NCBI GenBank assembly: GCA_951406725.2
Contig: OX597826.1
Span: forward strand, 78,678,001-78,742,000
DNA length: 64,000 nt
From: Octopus vulgaris
Lineage: Eukaryota
Direction of reading: 5' to 3'
Under the pieces are notes generated by a model. The model worked only from the letters and a program-made list of their open reading frames with translations, did no database searches and had not been told where the DNA came from. Both the position numbers and the translations under genes were made by a program. The stretch's first letter is position 1; each line of letters opens with the position of its first letter. Below, one piece after another: positions 51,331 through 64,000 of this stretch.

Positions 51331-52370
51331 GAAGAATATTAATATTGAGTTGAATTAAATTTTACTCAAAAACTGTAGTAATATTGAGAGTAATATCAAT
51401 TTGAATTTAATTTCATTTAAAAATAATTAAGACGAGACTACAGTTTGTCGTATCAGATATTTCTGAAAATATGATCATAGCCGAATCCTCAGTTAGTAAT
51501 TCTGGCTGGTTAAAATATTTAAATAAATAAACGGTATCAACAGGGTTACCACATTACTCAAACCATCTGGTTAAAACAGCTTTCCGTAAGCTGCGTCCTG
51601 TTGGAGCCTATCGAATGGTATTTAAAGGGAAAATTAAGTTATTTAACTACATTTGTCAAGTGTGTTAATGTTACGACAGAAATATTTACCTGGAGATTAT
51701 TATAAATGCTGAAAGTATCTGCAAAATTGTAAAACAAAAAAAAAGGAAAAGAAATATGAAATGTGGAAATTGGACTATGTTGCAATTTCATAGACTGACA
51801 TAGAAAGATAGAGAGAGAGATGCATGGATGGAGAGAGGAGGAGTTAAAGAGAGACATAAAGACTTGTTCATTGGTGGACAGTTCTGTTTATTCAGGATGG
51901 TAGATGGTTGAGTATATGTTCGTCTCTCTTTTTTAATCTGCAGTTTTGTAAAGCCCTGTTGTATTAAACGGCCATTCTGTAAAAGATCTCTTCGTTGGAG
52001 TAGAAGTAATAGACTTTTCTGTTAATGTTGCTCATCAGGATTTTTTTTCTTTTTTTTTTGTAGTTCAATGACAGGATTTAGAATTAATGTAAGTCATTTG
52101 CACATAGAGTTTGTTATAGGGGTTAATTGTTTTAAGGGCTCAAATTAAAGACAACATCTAAGACGTTCACAATCCTGACGTTGATGGTTGTTATTTATTT
52201 TTGAGCTGAGGGCGTCGAAGGTGCTTATAAGAACTTTACGAAATGTATATAATGCGTACCTCGTACCGTACTCGCACAGTAACGTCTATTTAAGACCTAA
52301 TACACCACTTCAAAATAATTGGCACATCATTACCATCACCACCACCATCATCGTCATGATCATCGCCATA

Positions 52371-52436
<66 letters not shown>

Positions 52437-52444
52437 AGGTACTG

Positions 52445-52732
52445 AAAAAAAGGTACTGAAACCTATTTGAAAATGATACCAGGCTTACCCTCCCTACAGG
52501 AAGTGCAAAAATATCGTGTTAACTGGAACGACTCATGTACTGAGAAGAGCAATTATCGCTGTGAAAACAACATCCATTCATGAATTTATTTATTCATTAA
52601 TTTTTTAAATACATATTTTACCTGTGAATTTGCGTGTGTAATCTGGGAATGCATTCAATGAGCTTCTCTGCCCTAGGTGTACGAAAAACACTCGGCGAGA
52701 AACGGAAGAAAATTGGAAGAAAGAAGGAAAAA
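52445..52732 (+). pseudogene. Dong/R4-like LINE 3' end (third family) followed by (TAA)n
   Basis: KKGTETYLKMIPGLPSLQEVQK / IVLTGTTHVLRRA, then UTR, then (AAT)n. Confidence 0.8.
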
Positions 52733-52778
52733 CAATAATAATAATAATAGTAATAGTAATAATAATAATAATAATAAC

Positions 52779-52846
<68 letters not shown>

Positions 52847-52921
52847 CATTAGTAATAGTAATAATGATAATTAATATTGCTGTTGTTGTTGTTCTTCTTC
52901 TTCTTATTACTATTATTTTTA

Positions 52922-52976
<55 letters not shown>

Positions 52977-53120
52977 CAGAAAAAGAAGAATTTTTATGAT
53001 GATTATAACCAGCATTGTCATCGGCATTATCATAATCATAGCATCAGACAATTGCCCGTTTTCATCATCAACATCATCACCATCACTACCTTCAGCATCA
53101 TAGTCATCGTCGAGATCGTC

Positions 53121-53176
<56 letters not shown>

Positions 53177-53177
53177 G

Positions 53178-53214
<37 letters not shown>

Positions 53215-53219
53215 TGATG

Positions 53220-53316
<97 letters not shown>

Positions 53317-53404
53317 CAATAATAATAATAATAACAACAACAACAACAATAATAATAATAATAATAATAATAATGATAATAATGATGATAATAATAATAA
53401 TAAT

Positions 53405-53437
<33 letters not shown>

Positions 53438-53485
53438 AATAATAATAATAATAATGATAATAATAATGATACTGATGATTCATTG
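52733..53485. repeat. Compound (AAT)n/(ATT)n tracts
   Basis: Directly visible. Confidence 0.9.
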
Positions 53486-53979
53486 ATTGTTATACATATA
53501 CAGACAGACATATTCACGTACTAAAATCACCGATATTATCTAATGTAGGTGTTGCTGTTATTGTTGTTGTAGTTGTATTCTCATCCATATTGTTTTTGCT
53601 GTTGTTGTTGTTGTTGTTGTTATTCTCATAATCGCATAATCACTTTTTGAAGCGCCGCCATTAAAACTGAGTGCAACCAACAGACTTCTTTACTTTTTTT
53701 TATGTTCGTTTGTCGTTGCTCCAACAATGCAATGGTAGGAACTATAGTCGTTGTTATTGTTGTTGCTGTCTTTATTGTTACTACTGTTGTTGTTGTTGTT
53801 GTTGTTGTTGTCGTTGTTAGTCCAGTTGTTTATTACATCCTATATTATCTGTTGCTAGGTTAGTCCAATTCACACAGAAGAAACTAAAACAAAAAGTTCG
53901 TTCGCCATATTGTTTTGCAACTTTAACCTCGCTCTAAATATTTTCCCCTTGAAACGCACAGACGCACTCCCACACACAG

Positions 53980-54042
<63 letters not shown>

Positions 54043-54140
54043 AACACGTCCAGGCACAGACTCAGAGACTATACAACCGTTAACCTGACACACTGAGCGG
54101 GTGCAGTATACAGACAGGCCTTATGTGTATGTGTGTGTAT

Positions 54141-54181
<41 letters not shown>

Positions 54182-54360
54182 AACACATATATATACAAAC
54201 ACATATATATACAAACACATATATATATACATCTATATACACACACATACATAAATATATATATACAAACACACATATATATACATGTATATATACACAC
54301 GTATACATATATATGTATATGTATCTATGTATTCAAAGAGATAGATAGACAGAGAGATAT

Positions 54361-54515
<155 letters not shown>

Positions 54516-54567
54516 TACGTATATATTTATAAATATATAGATACATGTATATATTATACATGTTTAC

Positions 54568-54607
<40 letters not shown>

Positions 54608-55334
54608 AATACCACGTGATCACGTGATCATGTGAGCGACTAGACTACCAGATATTGTTCTACATCGCTGATGATAATGTGCTCTGCATCGTTTCAGCTT
54701 TCAATTGATGCCGCCCTTGAAAACCATTCATATCGCCATTTATTCAGTTCTGTACACATAAACACTCGTTCACACACATTCTCATATTATGCAAGCTCTC
54801 TCGCTAACGCACAAGAATTCCAATCAACTTTGATCGTCCAGACAATTAGCAGAGAAGACAAAGCCTCCTACAGACGTTATTAAAACCTAACAGCAGTCAA
54901 GGGACATAACTCCTATAGGATTGATTCATTGACGATGGAGAGAATGCAGAGCAGACTGGATCTGGATTTTAAACCCGGATGTTGAAAGCAACGGAAATGT
55001 TTCGGTCTTAATTAACGGAACTACATCTTGTTCCGGACACAGCACCAAAATTGCGCAAAGACTCTGTGTGGGAGGGGGGTCTTTGTGCGTATGTGTGTGG
55101 GTGAGTATGTGTGTGTGTTATTTGTGTGTGAGCGTGTCTTTGTGCCTCTGTGTGTGTGTGCGTGTCTTTGTGTGTGTGTGTATATGTGTGTGTGTTTTTG
55201 TGAGTGAGCGTGTCTCTGTTCCTGTGTGTGTGTGTTTTGTGTGTGTTTTGTGTGTGTGTGTGTGTGTGTATGTTTTGTGTGTGAGCGTGTCTCTGCCTGC
55301 GTGTGTGTGTGTGTGTGTGTGTGTGTGCATAAGA

Positions 55335-55628
55335 GGGTCCATGGCCTACTGGCTAGCATGCTGCACTCATGGTTGCTAGATCGTGGTTTCAATTCCCAGT
55401 CTGGGTGGCACGTTGCGTTCTTGAGCAAAACACTTCATTTCATTTTGTTCCATTGCACTCAGCCGTAAATGGTCAACCCTGTGACAGAATATCCTTCCGA
55501 TTAGGGGGGAATATGGGTCTGCTCGCATGACCAGTGGGGCGGCATCGTTCAAAAGCTAAAACAATGCCAAGTGCATTGTGACCAGTGATGTATAACAACA
55601 TTTGACAGTCTGGTCGATCACGTGATCG
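55335..55628 (+). mobile_element. Family C-head SINE with alternative tail
   Basis: B-box GGTTTCAATTCCC; tail GCATTGTGACCAGTGATGTATAACAACAT...GGTCGATCACGTGATC. Confidence 0.7.
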
Positions 55629-55665
55629 AATATGTGTATGTGTGCGTTTGTAAATGCGTGTGTAT

Positions 55666-55711
<46 letters not shown>

Positions 55712-56429
55712 GCATACATACACACATACATACACAGACATGCATACATACACATACACACATACATACATACATACACATATACACACATATATTTACA
55801 TACATACACACATTCACACACACATGCATACACACATACATACACACACACATGCACACACACTCGTACTCACACCTATACACACACAAACATACACAGA
55901 CATACATACACACACACATACATACACAGACATACATACACACATACATACACACACACATACACACACACACATACATGCACACATACATACACACACA
56001 TGCATACATACATACATGCATACACACATACACATACACACACACACATATATATACATGCATACATACATATATAGAGAGCACGAGTGAGAGAGACACA
56101 CGCACACTCGCACCCACACCTATACACACAAATACACAAAAGTACCCAACGTTAATTGGGTGTTGAATATGTTTAAATAGTTTCGCTTATATCGTAACTT
56201 TCCTAGAGTTTTTTCATGTTTGACCTTTTTCTACGCGATTCTATGATTTCCTGATACTGTTACTGCATCGCAGAAACGCGTCTTCAGTAAAATTTTTCGA
56301 GACTTTTACGAGATGTGAAGCCTTTGAGTTTGTGTTTACTGAAAATTTGTGACTTATAGAAATACCATATTTTACTATATATAGTTTTTGCATTTCTAAA
56401 TTGATATACACCATGAAATATAAATAGGT

Positions 56430-56860
56430 TTAATAAATATGTGTTATAGTCATCAAACGCTCGTGGGTAGACAACATAGCTTGCTCTCGGTTTGGTGATC
56501 AGAGGAAAAGATGTCTGCTCGGCCAAATATGTGAGTAAGTTAGTCAATTCAACTCCAGCTTTGAGGCCTTGTTCCAGACACATGATGGTCGTAGAAAAGT
56601 AGTATCACTAAAAACTGTCATATATTCCAATCAAGGCTCGAAAAATGCAAGCTTAACAGATAAAACATGATGATCTGGAACTGAGAAATGAAATCCTTCC
56701 CGTTACTTGAACTCAGTCGCTATGCAAACGTTACCATAAAGATTAGTGAAACAGAAAAAACATCTATTCCGAACTGATGAGAAATATGCACTTATTCCAT
56801 ACGGACTGCAGCTTTTGATTTCTACCATTCATTATTTGAGCAATTGGATATGTGACTCAC
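56430..56860 (+). pseudogene. Possible very old mariner remnant
   Basis: Faint K.M..IWN and PYS.D.A...YH spacing only. Confidence 0.3.
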
Positions 56861-57484
56861 TGCCTCGCTAAAAATCTTGAGATGATGGCTTTCACAACAC
56901 CAGAAACAATATGTTTATTGAAAAGATTACAGCTCCTTGTCGTGCTAACGATTCTGGTAGCTCACCGCCTTAACCCACGGCTAATATTAACATCAAAAAA
57001 TATATTTCACAACAACTTGCATCTGTACCAACTTTGCAAATAGTCAACTCAGCAATTTGTGACTCAAAGACTCAGTACAGTACTTAGCAGATGACTTCAC
57101 CGAAAGCAGCAACACCACCAAAATCCATATCTGTCTAAGGAATGGCACTTTAAATCTGAAGCTCCACCAATATTTCCTGTCACTTAGAAGCATCAATAAA
57201 AAAGGCAGGAACCAGCGTGGCCAAATACGTTTGTTTGATGAAGAACCAAATGTCAGATGTAGTATGAAGTGGAAGACAGCACAAAAACATACGAAGAATA
57301 TGGAACCTGCAAACGGCGCACCACAGAAAGCTTGGCAGTTGTGCTCCACTTCGAGATAGATAACCAAATTATAATCTGAACTAATTCTCTTCTCATACAC
57401 AGACCAAAAATTTACCTAATAAAGAATTTGAACGTAAAATAAGCTGTAATGTACGATGCAACAGAAACTTTCGTCACATTTCTT

Positions 57485-57786
57485 ACTCTTTTACTTGTTT
57501 CAGTCATTTGACTGCGGCCATGCTGGAGCACCGCCTTTAGTCGAGCAATTCGATCCCGGGACTTATTCTTTGTAAGCCCAGTACTTATTCTATCGGTCTC
57601 TTTTGCCGAACCGCTAAGTGACGGGGACGTAAACACACCAGCATCGGTTGTCAAGCAATGCTAGGGGGACAAACACAGACACACAAACACACACACACAC
57701 ACACACATATATATACATATATACGACAGGCTTCTTTCAGTTTCCGTCTACCAAATCCACTCACAAGGCTTTGGTCGGCCCGAGGC
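57485..57786 (-). mobile_element. 5'-truncated family B SINE with 50-bp flanking duplication
   Basis: 57435-57484 and 57787-57836 match at 49 of 50 positions. Confidence 0.9.
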
Positions 57787-58399
57787 TAAAATAAGCTGTA
57801 ATCTACGATGCAACAGAAACTTTCGTCACATTTCTTGTTAATCTTTTTCGCAATTTTACCACGAATTATTTCTTTGCACAGTTTTGGGGTTGGGGGTGGG
57901 GGTGGGGTGGATATTTGTGACAATATACACGTATGTTGTGGCGTTTGTTTAATTTCATAGATCTTTATCGAAGCAATTCTGTCATAATTTTTGAATGCTG
58001 CTTCAATTTCGAATCCTGAATTTTTAAATGCTGTACTTTTATTAGAGCCTTGTAATTCAGTAATTGTGTAATTTTGCATTGTATACCTTTTCAATTTTGT
58101 ATTCCTGTATTTATTTATCCTCATAATATTTTTTTATATTTCAGTTTTCCCTATTTCATAGTTATCTATTTTGCAATTTTCCAATTTTCCAATTTTGAAA
58201 CTTTCTAACTCTGCAATTTTCTAAGGTTGTATTTTTGTACTTCTGCTAATTTCTAATTTTGAATTTCGTGTATAAATAATTTCTGTAATTTCCATGGTTT
58301 TGCTTAAATTCTGCCTCAACTTCGCACATTTGTACTTTATTTTTGCACAATCGTGCATTTATAATGCAAGCAATGCATGTATCCCGTACACGCCTCTTT

Positions 58400-58489
<90 letters not shown>

Positions 58490-58718
58490 TTCTTTATTAG
58501 CCACACAGGGCTGCACACAGATGGGACAAGTTACAAGGTAGAGCTTTTCTTTTGGGGGATGAAAAAAAGGGGGTGGCGTAGGTTTTCGATCAAGAGGGAT
58601 CGTAAAAGGGAAGAAAAGAACAAAAAACAAACAAAAATTGAAAAAAATAAATAGAATAAAAAATAAAAAGAATAAAAGAAAAAAAAAGGGAAAAGGAACA
58701 AAAGAAAAGAGAAATGAA

Positions 58719-58720
<2 letters not shown>
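58490..58720 (-). mobile_element. Retroelement 3' end inserted in (GATA)n
   Basis: Minus strand: pyrimidine-rich segment ending GTGTGGCTAATAAAGAAA then (TCTA)n; GATA arrays on both sides (about 58400-58489 and 58721-58808). Confidence 0.6.
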
Positions 58721-58808
<88 letters not shown>

Positions 58809-58840
58809 GCATATATATATATGTGTATATATATATATAT

Positions 58841-58883
<43 letters not shown>

Positions 58884-59420
58884 CGGTGGGTGGGTGGTTG
58901 TGTGTGTAAATATGTGCATATTTTGCGTAAGTTGAGAAACGGTGACGAGTGAAAAGTTTTCACCATATAAGCTCCACGCCCATTCTTTCCGTTGGAACCT
59001 TATATGTCCAAAGCAGACTATTTTATATTGAGAAACACAGTGAAAACTTACAAATAACATCTATAACTTTTCTCGACTGATCATTATACCAATTGAGTAA
59101 CGAACCTATACTGACTACCGGAAACAGCTGTAAGCCAGATTTACTTCTATAAAAGAAAAATATGTAATCACCATTATTTATACCTCGTCTTGTATATCAT
59201 TCTGCGTAAAGACCAGTATAACAAGAGCGCAACCACGGATTTACAATATAGAATGGTGATGAACCATAACGTTGGACCCTGACACAAGAATATCAGGAGT
59301 TCTTCACTAATCTAAACAATATTGATAGACTGGTCTGCTAATAGAGAGATTATGGAGTATTTTACCCGGGTTGACAATCGTTCAGTAATAAGTCTGTTGT
59401 ATACATACATACATACATAC

Positions 59421-59499
<79 letters not shown>

Positions 59500-60070
59500 T
59501 GATATTGATATGTAGTGTTTACGTGTGTTTATATATGAGTATGTGCCACAAAGAACTAATATTAAACATTCACAGAAGATAAAAAGTAACGATAGTTTCA
59601 AACTTGCAAGGATTCCCGTCCATATGACAAGAATTAAGCAAACCACAAGACACATGCTGTATTCAACACCAGACCAACAGGCCGTAAAAGATGTTTGCAT
59701 TAAATCCCTTTCTCAGATTCCATTCTTCACACCCCAGTAGACGACATGCAGTTTTTGCTTACAAGGCGAAACGGTTCCAAATCGCATCAATAAAGATTCA
59801 TCACTTACATAAATATCATTTGTCTAAAATATTCTTCGATCTTTGTTCTTTTTTTTCCTTGTTGTTGTTTAGGCACATGTATAGCCAAATAGGCCTTTAT
59901 TAAGATTATTTTCGGAGTCAGCAGATCGGAATCCGAATGATGAGGAGAGTCGATGTGAACGAGATTCTAAATTCTTCATTCACTGAGAACCAGGAGTAAA
60001 AATTGAGAGTAGCAACTGACACAGACTCAGCTCAGAATATGTATTGCTACTCCATTCGACTTCAATAACA

Positions 60071-60152
60071 TTAACAACTTTTTCCCTCAATTGCAATTTA
60101 CAAATGTACGCATGCGTACACATATACATACATACATAAATACATACATTCT

Positions 60153-60191
<39 letters not shown>

Positions 60192-60321
60192 GCCTAAGTA
60201 TGTATATACATATATGTATATATATATACATATATATCTGTGTGTATATATATATATTATATATGTATATACATATATGTATATATATATACATATATAT
60301 ATATGTATATATATACATATA

Positions 60322-60354
<33 letters not shown>

Positions 60355-60400
60355 TAAACATATATATATATATATATACATGTATGTATATATATACATA

Positions 60401-60468
<68 letters not shown>

Positions 60469-60503
60469 AACAACTTTTTCCCTCAACTACAATTTACAAA
60501 TGT

Positions 60504-60553
<50 letters not shown>

Positions 60554-60600
60554 GTCTAAGTATCTATATACATATATGTACATAAATATATATATATATA
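60071..60600. repeat. Tandem duplication of a TA-microsatellite-containing unit
   Basis: TTAACAACTTTTTCCCTCAA...AATTTACAAATGTAC at 60071 and 60467; CATGYCTAAGTAT in both copies. Confidence 0.75.
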
Positions 60601-61101
60601 TATATGCATGCATATATGTGTGTGCGTGCGTGTGTATGAGAATGTGTATGTGTGTCTAAAAGTTGCCTTTATCATTATTATTATTATTATCATTATGTAA
60701 TACTAAATATCATTATTTATATATATGCGTGTGTATGTATGCAGATGTGGGTACGCGTATGTGCGCGTGCGCCTACATGCGTGTGTGTGTTTATGGGTGT
60801 GTGCGTGTGCTTACGCTTGTGTGTGCGTTTTTATCCAATCCCGAATTTTGAAGAAAACAAAAACACAGACATTTTTCTTATTTAATAATTTCTCTTTATT
60901 TAATTTTGTTCATTTTTGGTTTTTGTTTTCTTTTGTTTGTTTGTTTGTTTTGTTTTTTGTTTTTTTACTGCGAAGGAAAATTAAAATTTTCAGTATTTTA
61001 AATGAATCGAAATACACACACACACACACACACATGCACACACATACACACACACACACACACACATGTATACGCGCACACCCGACATACAAATACCCAC
61101 G

Positions 61102-61133
<32 letters not shown>

Positions 61134-61331
61134 ACATGCACATGCTAGTACACACTTTCATATAGTTATCCACAGACATACACACACAAACACATGAAGG
61201 AATACACACCCACCAAACACACGTGTACACACCCACATACACATGTAACACAGATACACAATTCATCACGATACAACTTATCTACACACACGCCCTACTT
61301 GCACAACACACTCCCACAACACATGCACAAC

Positions 61332-61367
<36 letters not shown>

Positions 61368-61426
61368 GCATTTATGCACTATGCATACATACACATATAA
61401 CACATAAGACATACATATAAAAATAC

Positions 61427-61457
<31 letters not shown>

Positions 61458-61877
61458 CATAAATACATACATACATAAACATACATACATACATAAACAT
61501 ACATACATACATATATACATACATACATACACACATACATACATACATACATACATACATACATACATACATACATACATACATACATACATACATACAT
61601 ACACGTATAACACGGAAGACATACATACGTACAGCTCGTACACAACGCATACACAACCCACAGACAATATACTCACGTAACACAGTTCCACCACATAGCA
61701 ACGACACACACACTCGCACATACGCAAGCACACACGCACGCACTTATACACACACATACACACACACAAACATACACGCACACGCACACACGCACATGTA
61801 CATAATACCTGCACTGACGCATAAACACAGAACGCACACACGTCTCATACACGTTACATATATATATCCTACATAAA

Positions 61878-61920
<43 letters not shown>

Positions 61921-62835
61921 AACACACACACAAGACATTCGCTCAAGTTTACTCAAGCACATACATAACAGACAACACAGCCAAGACACACATTTCAACA
62001 ACACACCACACAACGCATGATTCACACACACATACGCACACATACACACAACTACACACACAACAACAACAACAACAACAACACCAAGCATACGTACGCA
62101 TACACAGGCGATACAACAGACATAACAAAACAAAATTTAACAATCACAAACAATATTTTAAATATATATATATATTTCTTTTTTTCTTTTTTCTTCTTTT
62201 TTTTGGTTCTTTTCGAAAATATTAAAACGTTAAGAATCAAAGACAATAATAATATTTACAATATAAAGAATTGAAATTACAATTTGATAATTAATAATTT
62301 CTACCGCCAATCCTGCACTTTGGAGAAAATGGCCGATTCTACTTAACGAAATTCCTGTTTACAATTAAAATAAGAAACGAAAGAATGGTTGCTGCCAAAC
62401 CGCCATTACACGTTGAAAGGTCTTGGAATGAATTTTCCCTTGAAGCAACCACCACCACCACAACTACCACTACCACAACCACCACCACCACAACTACCAC
62501 CACAACCACAGCCACCACCTCTAGGACTAACCCCATTACTACAACTGATACTAACATCACCACCACTACCGCCGCTACCAGCGATATCACCAACATTAAC
62601 ACCTTCGCCACCGCCACTTCCAACACCGCCACCACTTCTAGGGACTATCACCCACCACTACCACTACCATTTGCTAATACCATCTCCACCACCGCAACAA
62701 TACCATCTACAACTACCACCGCCGCCACTGCTATCAACACAATCACCACCACCACCATCACAGCCACTTGTAGCACTGTCTCCACCAATATCACCACCAC
62801 TACTACTACTACAAGTAACTGTAGAAGCAAATATT

Positions 62836-62891
<56 letters not shown>

Positions 62892-64000
62892 TAGTAAGAC
62901 TATGCTAAATTCAACACCACTTTTAAGGCTATCTCTACTACTACTGCTCCTAAAGCTGGTATTACTACTACTACTACTACTACTACTATTACTACTACCA
63001 CTACTACTACTGCTGCTACCACAATAATCTCGCTGTTACCACTCCTCACAGAACATCAACTACCACTACGACTTCATCATTCGGCAGACGATGCCTTTTA
63101 TCCTATATACTCTCTTCCTCTCTCTCTCTCCCTCTCCCCCTCTCTCCTCCTCTCTCTTCTACTCTTCCTCTCTCTCTCTCTCTCTCTCTCTCCCTCTCTC
63201 TCTCCCTCTCTCTCTCATCATCCTCATCATCCTCTCCATCCACCCACCGCATTAACAAGACATCTCCAATGTTTCGCTTACATCCGATGTAAATCTTTAC
63301 TCCAAGTGACGATGGGCCGGGGGGAGGGGGCAGGGGAGAGGTGAGGACGATTGGGGGGGGGTCTTACTAGTCTTGATGTTGCTGTTGTTGTTGCTGTTAC
63401 TAGTTCTCCTATTGATGGTGTTGCTTGTTGTCGTTAGTGTTGGCGATGGTCGAAGTATTATCTGCTGTCAGTCGCGGCGGCGGTGGAGGGGATCGTCGTC
63501 GTGGCAGTGGTGATAATAGTGATGATGGTAATGATGGTGGTGTCTCATTTGAAGTGTTGATGGTGATGATGATGATGATGATGATGATGGTGATGGCAGC
63601 AACGGCGTTGGCTACACTTGTGATTGGGAGTAATGAGTTCGTATTAAGGCGTCGAATTGGTAGACTGCTGTGGGCAGGCATGAGCAACCTTTTACGAGAA
63701 GCGAGCCGCATGAGACCATGGATCATGATCAGGGGCGGGATGCGGTGTTGTAGATGGGGTTTCGGGTGGTTTGAATATCAGGCAGTTCATCATTCGATTT
63801 CTAATATCTCCCTCTGTCTCACTCATTTTCTCTCTCCCTCTCTCTCTCTCTCTCTTTCTCGGGCTTTCTCTCTTTCTTTCTCACTCCCTCGCTTCCTCTT
63901 CTTTTTCTCTCTCTAAATATAAATGATGTGTGTGTGCGTGTGTTTGTGCATGTTTGTGTGTGTGTGTGAGTTTGTGTGTGCGCACGCACACGTGTGTGTG

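Noticed and set aside
51455-51505. Expected hammerhead downstream of the Penelope-like ORF (CTGAAAAT...CGAATC...GTT)
   Set aside because: Too many core mismatches to call.
52005-52045. Minus-strand CTGATGA...GAAA
   Set aside because: No stem II or stem I pairing; probably chance.
56245-56290. GAAAC-GC-GTC preceded by CTGAT (hammerhead-like)
   Set aside because: The core reads CTGATAC, and no stem I forms on either strand.
63409-63916. GC-richer overlapping ORFs near the window end
   Set aside because: Low complexity, no recognisable family, stops in the His-rich frame; cannot be supported as coding, though a UTR or exon is not excluded.

Overview
AT-rich, repeat-saturated eukaryotic DNA. 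The SINE families and the density of (TA)n, (CA)n, (CATA)n, (GATA)n, (ATT)n and (GAT)n tracts suggest an octopod cephalopod (inference from recalled repeat similarity, not checked by search). I find no credible host protein-coding exon; nearly all long ORFs are microsatellite translations. The window holds: (i) dozens of tRNA-headed SINEs in at least four families with shuffled modules; (ii) decayed LINE fragments of the R4/Dong-like, HERO-like, Tx1/L1, RTE and CR1/L2/Jockey groups, several sitting inside a family-specific microsatellite; (iii) a decayed Penelope-like element (PLE), mariner/Tc1 remnants and two non-autonomous Helitron-like elements. The main unannotated signal is a set of eight type I hammerhead-ribozyme-like motifs in mostly unrelated short non-coding repeats. 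Four keep a canonical core, two carry a CCGACGA core variant and two are decayed; seven have a palindromic or near-palindromic stem III. Two lie in ~440-490 bp units with terminal direct repeats (retrozyme or PLE pseudo-LTR-like). All alignments and folds were done by eye, so boundaries of decayed elements are approximate.
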